A stretch of DNA of 64,000 bases from the NCBI GenBank assembly GCA_002840535.1, contig PHBH01000024.1:3261-67260 (forward strand). The letters run 5' to 3'. A program made the translations under genes and the position numbers. Below are positions 1-10,143 of this stretch, in pieces (the stretch's first letter is position 1; each line of letters opens with the position of its first letter). This DNA comes from Deltaproteobacteria bacterium HGW-Deltaproteobacteria-15 (GTDB taxonomy: Bacteria; Desulfobacterota; DSM-4660; Desulfatiglandales; HGW-15). A model generated the notes under the pieces. The model ran no database searches. It worked only from the letters and a program-made list of their open reading frames with translations, and was not told the origin of the DNA.

Positions 1-231
1 TTCGTTAGAGCCACGGAGGACAGGCCGCTCTACCCATCCTACTTCACTTGGTTTTGCAGGTAGGCGAAATTAAAGATTTCTCCCGCAGTTTATCCCTCGC
101 GTCGCGGGAGTCGAAATGACAGGAGACATGATCGGCTATGATTGCGAAATACAGTCTGCTTCGCGGGAACGGTAGATTGTAAAACCCAGACGAAATGCCG
201 CACCAGCCACTTTGCGCACGAAGCCAGGCTG

Positions 232-1278
232 TCATATCACCAGGTTCAATTCCTGAACTGCGCCTGCGGAACCATCCTCCTTAATATAGATTCCGGTTTC
301 CTTCACTTCTCCCAGCAATTCGTTCTCTGCATTCTTGAGGGCAAAGGGTGTAGCGATTCTGCCTGTGTAGACAGCGCCGATCCCGACATCTTCCAGCTGG
401 ACCATCTGCTCATTCCCCTCAGGGTCCTTGCTCCAGACGCCGAGGTCTTTGAAGCCTGGATCGTTTTCGTCGACCCACCCGTTTCCGTCCTTATCCAGTC
501 CTGCAAGCTCCAGGAAGCCATTCCCCAGACTCGGGCCGAACAATTCGCTCCCGTCGGTGATTCTTCCATCCCCGTTCTTGTCCATCGCCAGGAAGCCTTT
601 GCCCGGACCAAGGGACGCCATTTGCTCCTCTACCCCATCCGAGTTGATATCAAAGGAGAAGGTGGCATCGGTCAGGATTGCGCTCCGGCCATTCAGGTTC
701 ACCACGAGCGGATCCATTTTCCGCGCATCGCCAAGCCGTATCGACGTATACTCAGTGGTTGAAAAAGAGTGCTCCATCTCCAGCTGCAGCTCAAATCGGA
801 TCTCCCTGCCTTCCTCGGTGAGAAGCACTCCGCGGGATACGAACTGGAGGCTCTGGGTTTCACTGTAATGTTCATATCGGTCATACGCCAAGCCGAAGCC
901 GGCGGATGCAGGACCGTTTGTCGCCGGGCGGTCCTCCTGCGGCTCTTGCTCCCCCTGGCTGTGTACCGGTTCAAAGTCGCTTGACTCCAGGATCTTGATT
1001 TTTCTTCCTGTCAATCTCTCCAGGAGCAGCCGGATGATCTCGTTCCTGACATCCTTGCCCGCCAATTCCTCTCCCTCGCACTGAAGGGTTTCCTCACTCC
1101 GGCAGGAGGATGAAAGGGTCACCTTATCTTCTATCTGAAAGAAGGGCGATTCCTGCGCCGCCTCATTGGTGGAGGGATCGCCGTCTCCCACCCAGACACG
1201 CAGCGACTCCTGAAGCTCATACCGCTCTGCGGAAAGAACCTGAGACGCCATTTGGATTTGGGACTGCTGAACTCTCAT
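232..1278 (-). CDS. hypothetical protein with two EF-hand-like Ca-binding loops (DKNGDGRITDGSE, DKDGNGWVDEND)
   Basis: Long ORF. The start was moved to the internal ATG at 1278, which has an upstream AAAGGAGAGGG SD (5-nt spacer). The D-x-[DN]-x-D-G loops are visible in the translation. Confidence 0.5.
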   Translation of the reverse strand: MRVQQSQIQMASQVLSAERYELQESLRVWVGDGDPSTNEAAQESPFFQIEDKVTLSSSCRSEETLQCEGEELAGKDVRNEIIRLLLERLTGRKIKILESSDFEPVHSQGEQEPQEDRPATNGPASAGFGLAYDRYEHYSETQSLQFVSRGVLLTEEGREIRFELQLEMEHSFSTTEYTSIRLGDARKMDPLVVNLNGRSAILTDATFSFDINSDGVEEQMASLGPGKGFLAMDKNGDGRITDGSELFGPSLGNGFLELAGLDKDGNGWVDENDPGFKDLGVWSKDPEGNEQMVQLEDVGIGAVYTGRIATPFALKNAENELLGEVKETGIYIKEDGSAGAVQELNLVI

Positions 1279-1508
1279 GACCCTCTCCTTTCTTTCTCGG
1301 GACCCTTTCTTCGTATTCCCGAATGAGTTTTCGGGGATCAACTCCTGCTGAACCATTCATCGGCTGAACGGTTCCAACCCTTTAAGCAATTTTCGATTTC
1401 ACGTGCTGCTGGACAACCCCGCATCCATCGAATAGTCTGTGTACGAAATGCAAAGAAGCGATGGACGCGACGCACCACACGAGTGTGTGAAAACTTCGTC
1501 CCCCGGGG

Positions 1509-2213
1509 GTGATAATGGCCAAACTCCAATATTCTGCAGAAGACGGTATTGCGTTGATCTCCATGGACGACGGCAAGGCGAATGCCATGAACTTTGACTT
1601 CTTCTCTGAGATGGGAGAGGCCCTTGACCGCGTCCAGAAAGAAGGTGTCAGGACGCTGATCATCACCGGCAGGCCGGGCTATTTTTCAGGTGGTCTGGAT
1701 GTCCGGCTGCTCACGTCCCTTCCGCCGCAGGAGGTAAACAGGCTCGCCGATACCTTCGCCCGAGCCATGCTGCGGGTTTTTTCCTTGCCCATCCCGACCA
1801 TTGCGGTCCTCAGCGGGCATGCCGTAGCGGGTGGCGCCATGCTGTCATTCGTGTGCGATCTCCGGTTTGTCGTTGAAGGTACTTACCGGATCCAGATGAA
1901 CGAGTCGGTGATCGGCATACCTTTGCCGACATGGATGCTGATGATAGGCCGCGCGGTGATCCCGGCCCAATGGCTGGCTGAAGCATTTCTGCAGGGCAGG
2001 GCTTACGTCCCGGATGAAGCTCTCGGAAGAGGACTTGTTCACGGCCTGATCGGGAAGGATGAAGATCCTATTGCAAATGCAAAAAGTAGAACAGAGCATC
2101 TCAAAAGCGTGAATCTCCAGGCCTACCAGACCGGCAAGGCCCGGCTGCGCGATGCCGATGTTCGACAGGTGCTGGAGCTTCTCAAAGGCGAGCTGCCGTT
2201 CAGCAGCTTGTGA
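1509..2213 (+). CDS. enoyl-CoA hydratase/isomerase (crotonase) family protein
   Basis: Crotonase-fold signature regions (ITGRPGYFSGGLDV, oxyanion-hole-like AVAGG) in the translation. Confidence 0.55.
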   Translation: MIMAKLQYSAEDGIALISMDDGKANAMNFDFFSEMGEALDRVQKEGVRTLIITGRPGYFSGGLDVRLLTSLPPQEVNRLADTFARAMLRVFSLPIPTIAVLSGHAVAGGAMLSFVCDLRFVVEGTYRIQMNESVIGIPLPTWMLMIGRAVIPAQWLAEAFLQGRAYVPDEALGRGLVHGLIGKDEDPIANAKSRTEHLKSVNLQAYQTGKARLRDADVRQVLELLKGELPFSSL

Positions 2214-2796
2214 AGAGGTCCTCCACCGCTTTCCTGTATTCGGTAAGGAGCATCTGAAAGCCTCGGTGCTCCGTATCCGCTGAAAGGCTTTCTGCAAGAG
2301 TGCGGTAATACCACTCCTGCTGTTCTTTTCCTCTTCTGAATCTGCCCCACACCCCATTGCCGATTTCTTTCATCGAACCCTCGATCGTTCTCACATTGTG
2401 CAGTTTGTCGGCACAGACCACCATTTTCACCTCGAGAGGGGCCGTCTTGACCGACTCCACCGTGTGACTCTTTCGCTCTTCCCAGGGGAGAGATCTGTCG
2501 GGTTCAGATGCGGATTCCACTATGGATGCCACCGTTTCTCCAAATTCGCGCCGGATATCCTCCAAGGTCACGGAGGTATCCTCCACCGTATCATGGAGGA
2601 TGCCGGCGATAATGACCTCTTCCGAACATCCTGCCCTTGCAAGGATGATCCCTACGGCAAAAGGATGGGTGATAAAGGGCAAATCCTCTGATTTCCGATT
2701 TTGATTTCGATGAGCCCTGGCAGCAACGTTGATCGCCCGGACGATCATCTCAGGAAGGATTTCGCGTATGACGGCTTCAGCCAAACTCTCCTCCAT
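2200..2796 (-). CDS. stand-alone HD-domain (p)ppGpp hydrolase-like protein (SpoT/RelA hydrolase domain, small alarmone hydrolase type)
   Basis: HP..VA..L...(D)...I.AGILHDTVEDT motif typical of the RelA/SpoT HD hydrolase domain. About 198 aa with no synthetase part. Confidence 0.6.
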   Translation of the reverse strand: MEESLAEAVIREILPEMIVRAINVAARAHRNQNRKSEDLPFITHPFAVGIILARAGCSEEVIIAGILHDTVEDTSVTLEDIRREFGETVASIVESASEPDRSLPWEERKSHTVESVKTAPLEVKMVVCADKLHNVRTIEGSMKEIGNGVWGRFRRGKEQQEWYYRTLAESLSADTEHRGFQMLLTEYRKAVEDLFTSC

Positions 2797-2843
2797 GATT
2801 TCGACGGATGCTCTTCCCTTTCGCCGGGCGGCTCAGGAGCCCG

Positions 2844-4034
2844 TTATATCTCCAGGATCTTCTTCGGCGTGCGATGCAGGCTCTCGCCCGGACCCTTTTC
2901 CGTGATCAGGTAGTTGTCGCAGGTCGTTGCCCAGATCCGATCGTCGACCACAAACGGGTGGACGGTCAGGTTCATGCCGGCCTGAATTTTCATCGGCTCG
3001 TCATCACGTATGGCCGGGCGTTCAACCAGGTCGTATCCCTGGCCATGGGCATAGAGACGCCTTTCAGGCTTGAACCCGTGGCGGGACAGGAACTCGTTAT
3101 TGGCATCCCAGACCGTCTTGGGATCCGTTCCCGGCCTGAGCAATTTGAGGCTGACTTCCTGCGCCTCCACTGAAAGCGCATACGCCTCCTGCAACTGCTG
3201 CGGGGCTTTGCCCAGGCAGAACATGCGGCCGATCTCCGTATAAAAACCGGCAGGTCCATTGGTTTCTATCAACACGGCTACGCGATCCCCTTTGCGGATC
3301 ATCCTGTTCTGAAAATGCCTGAACTGGTATCTGGCCGTGCTCTCGGGGGGCGCCGAGCTGACAAGGATCAACTGACGCTCGCTCCCGTTGCGCACAACCG
3401 AGTATTGGGCTTCAGCCAGCACCTCGAAGTCCCTCATGCCGGGCCTGATCGTCTTCCTGAGATGCTCCATGGCAGCGTCCTGAAGAGCGGCCGTTTTCCT
3501 GATCCACTCCTGCTCCTCCGGGCTCTTGATGACCTTGAACCGATCGATCTCTTCCGTGACGTCCACCCACTTGTGTCCAACCAATCGCTGGACAAGAAAA
3601 TCATGAAAGGGCGCTGGAATGAACGAAAGCCCGACAAAGCCGACAGTGGCGTTTTTCTTTTTCGACAGGACCCCCGCTGCGAGCTCTGCATCCATGGTGT
3701 TCGTATAATGGATGGATGGAAAATAGGGCGCCGCCAGCCGGCTCTTTACCCCGCGAACGGCAAACGGAGGCGGAAAGGGTTCTCCCGGCGGTTTGGGCCC
3801 GCATGTGATGGTGGTCATTTCGTCATCCACCGGGAAGATGACGGTATACGGATAACTGTGTCGTGCGGAGAAATCGGAAAACCATTTTACATAACCGCCC
3901 AGGAACTCTTCGTCGTTCCGCATGATCAGGAAATCGATGCCGCGCTCGCGCATCATCTCTCTGGCCGCCTTCCAGCGGCGCTCCAGTTCTTTTGTGGAAA
4001 TACAGGCAGTCAGCCTCTCCCTTGGATCTTCCAT
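2844..4034 (-). CDS. M24 family metallopeptidase (Xaa-Pro aminopeptidase / creatinase-like)
   Basis: Pita-bread fold motifs (HGxGxxxHE-like HGQGYDLVERP, creatinase N-domain). The start was set at the ATG at 4034, preceded by AGGAGGA; the upstream part of the ORF has no support. Confidence 0.7.
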   Translation of the reverse strand: MEDPRERLTACISTKELERRWKAAREMMRERGIDFLIMRNDEEFLGGYVKWFSDFSARHSYPYTVIFPVDDEMTTITCGPKPPGEPFPPPFAVRGVKSRLAAPYFPSIHYTNTMDAELAAGVLSKKKNATVGFVGLSFIPAPFHDFLVQRLVGHKWVDVTEEIDRFKVIKSPEEQEWIRKTAALQDAAMEHLRKTIRPGMRDFEVLAEAQYSVVRNGSERQLILVSSAPPESTARYQFRHFQNRMIRKGDRVAVLIETNGPAGFYTEIGRMFCLGKAPQQLQEAYALSVEAQEVSLKLLRPGTDPKTVWDANNEFLSRHGFKPERRLYAHGQGYDLVERPAIRDDEPMKIQAGMNLTVHPFVVDDRIWATTCDNYLITEKGPGESLHRTPKKILEI

Positions 4035-4291
4035 GTTTCCTCCTGTCCTGTTACTCGGCAGTGACAGCCACAAGATCATGGCCGTACTACCGGAATTGCG
4101 CAACCCAGATGCTCCGGCAGAATAATGCAAGGGGCACGGCCGGACAAGCGAATTCGTCCACTCCGGCGGACCGTTTTTCAGCAACCGCGCCACCCGGTTT
4201 CCGTTGACTTGCCCTCCCCCTTATTTTAGCATTGCACCGCATTTGGAGACATATCGATGAACAATTGTAAACCTTTACTGGAGGATCATCC

Positions 4292-5266
4292 ATGAGACGT
4301 TTTCATATTGCGATTCACCTGCTCGTCTTCATCATGATTTCTGTTTTCGCTGCACAGACCGCCCATGCACAGGCTTATCCGAATCGTCCTATCCAGCTCA
4401 TCATCGCCATCCCCGCAGGCGGCGGCGGTGATGTAAATGCCCGTCTCATCATCGATGAGATTGCAAAGAACGTCGGCACCCAGGTCATTCCCACGAACAA
4501 ACCCGGCGCCTCCGACACGGTCGGAACAGACGCCCTGGCCAAGAGCAAGAACGACGGGTACACCATCGGCTATACCAGCGGCGCTGCCATGGTCTACTTC
4601 CGGCTGACCAATCCGGATGCGGTTCACTACGATCCCATTAAGGATTTCGACCCGCTGGGCCTTCACACCTTTTTCCCGCTTTCGGTTGCCGTTCAGGCCG
4701 ATTCCCCCTGGAAAACCTTTAAGGAGTTCGTGGAATACGCAAAACAAAATCCCGGAAAGCTCCGCGTCAGCACTGCAGGTGTGGGAAGCGCGGCGAATTT
4801 CAACGTTCAGATCACGCAGTCCCTCACAGGCGCTCAATTCACCCACGTTCCCTTCAAAGGCGGCGAGGCGGTCGTAACCGCGCTGCTGGGGGGGCACGTT
4901 GAGGTGAGCTTCGATATCGTGGGCAAATTCCTGCCCCATGTAGAGGCTGGAAAGCTCAGGATTTTGCTGGCCAGCACGAAAACGCCCGTGCTCAAGGATG
5001 TTCCCACTTTGAAGGAATTGGGCTACCCGCGAGATCTGCTCTCTGGATGGCATGGACTGTTTGCCCCGGCAGGAATTTCTGCAGAGGCGAAGAAGGTTCT
5101 CCTTCCGGCTGTCGAGAAGGCGATCAAGAGCCCTGATGCCAAGGCGAAGATTGAAAAGATTGGGTATGTGGTGAACTACAAGGACCCCGAGGATTTCAAG
5201 AAACTCATTAATGATGATTTCGCGACTGCAAAGGAAATCGCCGCCAAGCTTAATCTGGGCAAGTGA
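4292..5266 (+). CDS. tctC: tripartite tricarboxylate transporter substrate-binding protein (TctC/Bug family)
   Basis: Signal peptide followed by a Bug-family fold. GGAGGA SD 6 nt upstream. Followed by tctB and tctA. Confidence 0.8.
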   Translation: MRRFHIAIHLLVFIMISVFAAQTAHAQAYPNRPIQLIIAIPAGGGGDVNARLIIDEIAKNVGTQVIPTNKPGASDTVGTDALAKSKNDGYTIGYTSGAAMVYFRLTNPDAVHYDPIKDFDPLGLHTFFPLSVAVQADSPWKTFKEFVEYAKQNPGKLRVSTAGVGSAANFNVQITQSLTGAQFTHVPFKGGEAVVTALLGGHVEVSFDIVGKFLPHVEAGKLRILLASTKTPVLKDVPTLKELGYPRDLLSGWHGLFAPAGISAEAKKVLLPAVEKAIKSPDAKAKIEKIGYVVNYKDPEDFKKLINDDFATAKEIAAKLNLGK

Positions 5267-5393
5267 AGTTGATCAGTTAGTTTCGACCCGTTCGCCCTGG
5301 GTATCGAAGGGCGACGGGAATTTCGGGATTCGATACCTCAGCACGAACGGAACTCTCCAGGTTGTTTTCTTTGCGTCCGAGGAAAAGAAGCGA

Positions 5394-5852
5394 ATGGGAA
5401 AGGCGGACAGGGTAAGCGGCATCTTCTGGCTCATCTTTTCTGTTGCCGTAATGGCGGCATCCTACCGTTTGGGGCTGGGCTCTTTGCGAAGGCCCGGCCC
5501 CGGCTTCTTCTTTTTCTGGGCCGGTTTATTCATGGCGATCCTGGCGCTGATCGTCTTTGTTCAGGCTTTGGCAAAAAGGAGGAGGGAGAGTGCACCCGAA
5601 TACCTTTTTCGAGGAAGGAACATCCTCAAGATCGTTCTGGTGCTGGCCTCAGTCTTCCTTTACGCCCTTTTCATAGAGCAGCTGGGATTCCTGGCGGTCA
5701 CTTTTCTGCTTTTCATTTTCCTCCTGGGCTTTATGGAGAAGAAGGGATTCTTTTTTGCTGTTCTGACGAGTCTGCTGGTCACGGCTTCGGCATACATGAT
5801 CTTCAAGGTTCTTTTGAAATCCCAGCTCCCGATGGGCTGGTTGGGATTTTGA
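5394..5852 (+). CDS. tctB: tripartite tricarboxylate transporter small permease TctB
   Basis: About 150-aa 4-TM protein between tctC and tctA. The start was chosen at the internal ATG 5394 with a GAGGAAAA SD. Confidence 0.6.
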   Translation: MGKADRVSGIFWLIFSVAVMAASYRLGLGSLRRPGPGFFFFWAGLFMAILALIVFVQALAKRRRESAPEYLFRGRNILKIVLVLASVFLYALFIEQLGFLAVTFLLFIFLLGFMEKKGFFFAVLTSLLVTASAYMIFKVLLKSQLPMGWLGF

Positions 5853-5879
5853 GTTCAATAACGACTCGGTAGCGGCTGC

Positions 5880-7373
5880 ATGGACGTACTCAATAATGTT
5901 CTCTATGGTTTTCAAGTTGCCCTTCAGCCGATAAATCTCCTCTACTGCTTTATGGGGACATTGGTCGGAACCCTGGTCGGCGTTCTTCCCGGCCTTGGAC
6001 CTCCGGCAGCCATCGCCCTTCTGCTTCCCACCACCTTTCACACCAACCCGGTCTCCGCAACAATCATGCTGGCCGGCATATATTATGGCGCCATGTACGG
6101 CGGTTCCACCACCTCTATCCTCGTGAACATCCCGGGTGAGGCGGCGGCGGTCGTCACCTGCCTCGACGGACACAAAATGGCCCTTCAAGGGAGGGCCGGC
6201 CCTGCACTCGGTATAGCCGCCTTCGGCTCCTTCATTGCCGGGACTTTCGGTGTGATCGCCTTGACACTCCTTGGCCCCCTCTTGTCCGGAGTGGCCCTGA
6301 AATTCGGACCGCCGGAGTACTTTTCCCTTATGATCGTCGGCATTACGGTCCTGACTTACCTCAGCAGCGGCTCCATGATCAAAGCATTGATTTCGGCAAC
6401 GGCCGGCCTCGTCCTGGGCGGGGTCGGCATGGACGCCATAAGCGGGAAATATCGTTTCACGGGGGGACTCCAGATCCTGGCCGACGGGGTCGGGCTCGTG
6501 CCAATGGTAATGGGGCTTTTCGGTATCGCCGAGGTGCTTCAAAACCTGGAGAAGGAATTCAAGAGAGAGGTTGTAAAGGCGGAGTTCAAACGGCTCCTGC
6601 CCAGCGCCAAAGACTGGAGAGATGCCATCGGCGCAATTCTGCGCGGAACCGGCTTGGGATTTTTCATGGGGCTGATCCCGGGCGGGGGGGCGATTGTCGC
6701 ATCTTTTGCCTCGTATGCGATTGAGAAGAAGATCTCAAAACACCCGGAACAATTCGGCCACGGAGCCATTCAGGGTGTCGCGGCCCCGGAAGCGGCCAAC
6801 AACTCCGCGGCAAGCGGCAACTTCATCCCCCTTCTTACCCTCGGCATCCCATGCAATGCTGTCATGGCCATCCTGCTGGGTGCTCTGATGATCCATGGCC
6901 TCCAGCCCGGACCTCTCCTCATGACCAAAGCGCCGGATGTCTTCTGGGGAACCATCGTGAGCATGTATCTCGGGAATGCCATGCTTCTCGTGCTCAACCT
7001 CCCCCTTATCGGCCTATGGGTAAAGGTCCTCAAGGTTCCCTATTTTCTGCTTTATCCGCTGATCCTTCTCTTTTGCGTGATAGGCGCTTACAGCATAGCG
7101 AATAACGCAGGGGATGTTGTGCTGATGCTGATCTTCGGCGTTGTGGGGTATCTCATGAGGAGATTCCAATACGACGCGGCCCCTCTGGTCCTCGCGGCAG
7201 TGCTCGGGCCCATGCTCGAAGAGGCCTTCCGCCAGTCCCTCATGCTTTCCCAGGGAGAATTCTCCATTTTTGTCTCCCGTCCCATCTCGGTCGGCTTTCT
7301 CATTGTAGCCGCACTCCTTTTCATCATTCCCGTGATCACCCAGCGCAAAAAGCTAGCGGCCCTGAAGGAATAG
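5880..7373 (+). CDS. tctA: tripartite tricarboxylate transporter large permease TctA
   Basis: 497-aa polytopic membrane protein with conserved TctA N-terminal region ([12 protein letters not shown]..., G-rich repeats). Confidence 0.85.
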   Translation: MDVLNNVLYGFQVALQPINLLYCFMGTLVGTLVGVLPGLGPPAAIALLLPTTFHTNPVSATIMLAGIYYGAMYGGSTTSILVNIPGEAAAVVTCLDGHKMALQGRAGPALGIAAFGSFIAGTFGVIALTLLGPLLSGVALKFGPPEYFSLMIVGITVLTYLSSGSMIKALISATAGLVLGGVGMDAISGKYRFTGGLQILADGVGLVPMVMGLFGIAEVLQNLEKEFKREVVKAEFKRLLPSAKDWRDAIGAILRGTGLGFFMGLIPGGGAIVASFASYAIEKKISKHPEQFGHGAIQGVAAPEAANNSAASGNFIPLLTLGIPCNAVMAILLGALMIHGLQPGPLLMTKAPDVFWGTIVSMYLGNAMLLVLNLPLIGLWVKVLKVPYFLLYPLILLFCVIGAYSIANNAGDVVLMLIFGVVGYLMRRFQYDAAPLVLAAVLGPMLEEAFRQSLMLSQGEFSIFVSRPISVGFLIVAALLFIIPVITQRKKLAALKE

Positions 7374-7469
7374 GTAGTCGAAACAATCATAGCCACTGCG
7401 CTGAGTGCATGATAAAATCCTTGTTTTTTAAAGAATCACTTTTTCATTGGGCGGGTGACAAGATTAGAC

Positions 7470-7919
7470 ATGCGAATCTGGAGTCTACATCCGAAGTACC
7501 TGGACGGTCGCGGACTCGTTGCTTTGTGGCGGGAAGCTCTTCTTGCCCAGGCCGTGCTTAAGGGAGAAACGAAAGGGTATGTTCACCACCCTCAGCTTGT
7601 GCGTTTTCGTACCGGGTCGCAATCCGTCGGGTTCATTGCGGAGTATCTGAGGACCGTTCACAAGGAGGCGTTGAACCGGGGCTACCGTTTTGCGGCCGAA
7701 AAGATCAGCAGCTTGCGAGCACCGAGCTTTCTCACTGTCACCTGCGGACAGATCGAGTTCGAATGGCAGCACCTGATGAAAAAGCTGGCAAAGCGCGATC
7801 CGAAATGGCTGTCTCGCATACAGGAAATGGAGCCTCCAAACCCGCACCCGCTCTTCCGGGTTGTAAGCGGCAGTGTTGCCCATTGGGAAAAAGGCGCGTC
7901 AGCGACCAGGGACATATAA
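7470..7919 (+). CDS. pyrimidine dimer DNA glycosylase-like protein (Pyr_excise family)
   Basis: N-terminus MRIWSLHPKYLD...GLVALWREALLAQ resembles the conserved start of the bacterial Pyr_excise family. The assignment is from memory of the family and not verified. Confidence 0.45.
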   Translation: MRIWSLHPKYLDGRGLVALWREALLAQAVLKGETKGYVHHPQLVRFRTGSQSVGFIAEYLRTVHKEALNRGYRFAAEKISSLRAPSFLTVTCGQIEFEWQHLMKKLAKRDPKWLSRIQEMEPPNPHPLFRVVSGSVAHWEKGASATRDI

Positions 7920-8104
7920 CAAAAAGAACCCAGGATGTCTCCAGCGTCCAGCGAGCGACTGCAGAGCATTGAAGACAATCTCTGGACGAGCAGGCACCTC
8001 ATGCACTCAGGACGGACGAATGAACCATACAAAGAGTAAGCCTTACATGAATTCTGAGGAACTCCATACCCGATGCTGCGGCCCGACGAAAGGAGAGGAT
8101 TGAC

Positions 8105-8668
8105 ATGAAAAAATCGTTTGGCGCCAAAACACTCATTTTTCCTGCGCCGGTCTGGTGCGTGGGATCGTACGACGCCAATGGGAATCCCAACGTGATGACC
8201 ATCGCCTGGGGCGGCATCTGTTGTTCCCAGCCGCCCTGTGTGACCATATCTCTCCGCAAGGCTACCTATACCTATGGCAATATCATGGCGAGACAGGCGT
8301 ATACATTGAGCGTTCCATCCGTCAACTATGTTCAAGCTGCCGATTATTTTGGAATGGTATCCGGGCGCAAGGCCAATAAATTCCAGGAAACCGGCCTTAC
8401 GCCGGTCACATCCGAACTGGTGGACGCCCCTTACGTGGGGGAATTTCCGATGATCCTGGAATGCAGGGTGATTCATCACTACGAGATCGGTCTGCACACC
8501 CATTTTGTCGGCGAGATCCTGGATGTCAAAGTGGATGAAGCTGTGTTAGATGTTGATGGTGTGCCGGATATCGAAAAGCTCCGTCCATTTGTCTACAGCC
8601 CCGAAGCTCAACGATATCATGGTATCGGATCATTTGTAGGAAAGGCTTTCGAGGTCGGCAGATCGTGA
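8105..8668 (+). CDS. flavin reductase-like (flavoredoxin) domain protein
   Basis: Flavin_Reduct-type sequence (PVWCVGSYDANGNPNVMTIAWGG). AAAGGAGAGG SD present. Confidence 0.7.
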   Translation: MKKSFGAKTLIFPAPVWCVGSYDANGNPNVMTIAWGGICCSQPPCVTISLRKATYTYGNIMARQAYTLSVPSVNYVQAADYFGMVSGRKANKFQETGLTPVTSELVDAPYVGEFPMILECRVIHHYEIGLHTHFVGEILDVKVDEAVLDVDGVPDIEKLRPFVYSPEAQRYHGIGSFVGKAFEVGRS

Positions 8669-8761
8669 TCAGCCATGCCGTGTGGGCTCTGTGGAAGAAA
8701 GTAATCAGTGGATGTGAAGAGCCGTCAGTTGCTGGTTTTCAATTCGAAAGTCGCGTGAGGG

Positions 8762-9097
8762 TTGGAGGATGAAGTGACGGTGAAAGGGACATTGCTTGAA
8801 GGCATACCGGTTCAATTGCCGGAAGAACTCCTTGAAACAATCTGCTCATCGGGGAGTGTGAAGATAGAGCGGATAGTTTCACGGGGACACGCTTCGCCTG
8901 AAGGGTTTTGGTACGATCAGGAAAGGAGTGAGTTTGTTCTGGTTGTGCGGGGGAGTGCAGGGCTGAAGATCGAGAACGAAGAGGATATCGCGGTCCTGAA
9001 GGCGGGTGATTACCTGAACATCGGCGCTCATGTGAAACACCGGGTCGAGTGGACCGATCCCGCATGTGAAACGATCTGGCTGGCAGTCTATTATTGA
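8762..9097 (+). CDS. cupin domain protein
   Basis: Small double-stranded beta-helix signature. The start may instead be the GTG at 8773 (GGAGG 5 nt upstream). Confidence 0.55.
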   Translation: MEDEVTVKGTLLEGIPVQLPEELLETICSSGSVKIERIVSRGHASPEGFWYDQERSEFVLVVRGSAGLKIENEEDIAVLKAGDYLNIGAHVKHRVEWTDPACETIWLAVYY

Positions 9098-9246
9098 AGA
9101 GATATCGGCTGATAAGAGTGGAGCACTTATTACGGAGTGCAGAAAAAAGTTTCTATTTATCTCGCAAAGCCCACAGAGCGTGTTGGTACTCGATCGACGG
9201 CAGAACCGAAATGTCGCTTATAGCTCTTGCCCCCGAAGGGTGAAGT

Positions 9247-9277
9247 TTGTCCTGTTTTTTGAAAAAAAACAGGACAA
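9247..9277. repeat. near-perfect 31-bp AT-rich palindrome (cttgtcctgtttttt-ga-aaaaaaacaggacaag)
   Basis: Read directly from the sequence. Lies between the cupin and the OMP gene. Could be a bidirectional terminator-like hairpin or a protein-binding operator. Confidence 0.6.
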
Positions 9278-9410
9278 GTTGGCACTCTCCAGAACTCTGT
9301 GCCCTCAAGCGAAGCGGGCGAGAGACGCTCTTTGTGAAACAAGCAAGCAATTATGTGCTCCGCTCAATAATACGAATTGACAATTTCCTGCTTACGAAAG
9401 GAGCGTGAAA

Positions 9411-10073
9411 ATGACTCGAATTGTAAGGATCGTCGGTGTTTTGGCTGCGGTTTGGTTGATGGGCGAAATGGCGCACGCCGCCCCGGGTGACGTCGGATCG
9501 TCTTCTAATTGGTCCGGCCCGTATATCGGGGCTTTTGCAGGCTATTCCTGGGTTGACTTGGATTACTCTGAACCGGATTTTCCCGGAAGCGAGCGCAACC
9601 CGACTATCAACGGCGTCACCGGCGGCGCTTTCCTGGGCTACAATCATCGGTTTGAACGGATCCTGCTGGGCATCGAGGCCGATGTAGGCCTGGGTGATCT
9701 CGACGAGGGTCGCGACGAGACCGCGTGGAATAATTACTCGGCGTTCGACATCGATTGGAACGCGCATTTTCGTGCGAGACTAGGCTTTGTTTCCGGCTCA
9801 ACGCTGATCTATATCGCCGGCGGCCTGGCGTTTGCCAAAGTGACGGTCGATGATACGGACCCGGGCTGGGGCGAAGACGACGCCACCCATGTCGGCTGGA
9901 CGGCAGGCGCCGGCGTCGAGCATGCCTTCACCAGGAATCTGCGGGCACGCATTGAATATCTCTATGACGATTACGGCAAAGAGGACTATTCAATAGATGG
10001 TTTTTTCACGTACAGGTCGGATGTCGATTTGACTGCGAACACTGTTCGCGTCGGCTTGTCCTATCAGTTTTAG
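9411..10073 (+). CDS. outer-membrane beta-barrel protein (OmpA-like TM / OmpW-like), C-terminal YQF
   Basis: Signal peptide, alternating hydrophobic beta-strand pattern and a terminal aromatic residue. AAAGGAG SD 8 nt upstream of the ATG at 9411. Confidence 0.65.
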   Translation: MTRIVRIVGVLAAVWLMGEMAHAAPGDVGSSSNWSGPYIGAFAGYSWVDLDYSEPDFPGSERNPTINGVTGGAFLGYNHRFERILLGIEADVGLGDLDEGRDETAWNNYSAFDIDWNAHFRARLGFVSGSTLIYIAGGLAFAKVTVDDTDPGWGEDDATHVGWTAGAGVEHAFTRNLRARIEYLYDDYGKEDYSIDGFFTYRSDVDLTANTVRVGLSYQF

Positions 10074-10143
10074 TCTTATCAACAGGAAGAGACACAAGAT
10101 CCTGCCCCGACATCCGGGGTGGGACATAACGAGGTAAGCACCT

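Noticed and set aside
4286-5053. 255-aa minus-strand ORF inside tctC
   Set aside because: Antisense to a well-supported TctC gene.
7682-8503. 273-aa minus-strand ORF spanning the glycosylase and flavin reductase genes
   Set aside because: Overlaps two plus-strand genes with family support. No RBS and no recognisable domain.
9320-9336. parS-like half site ...tttgtgaaaca
   Set aside because: Only the right half matches; the left half is unrelated, so it is not a credible second parS.
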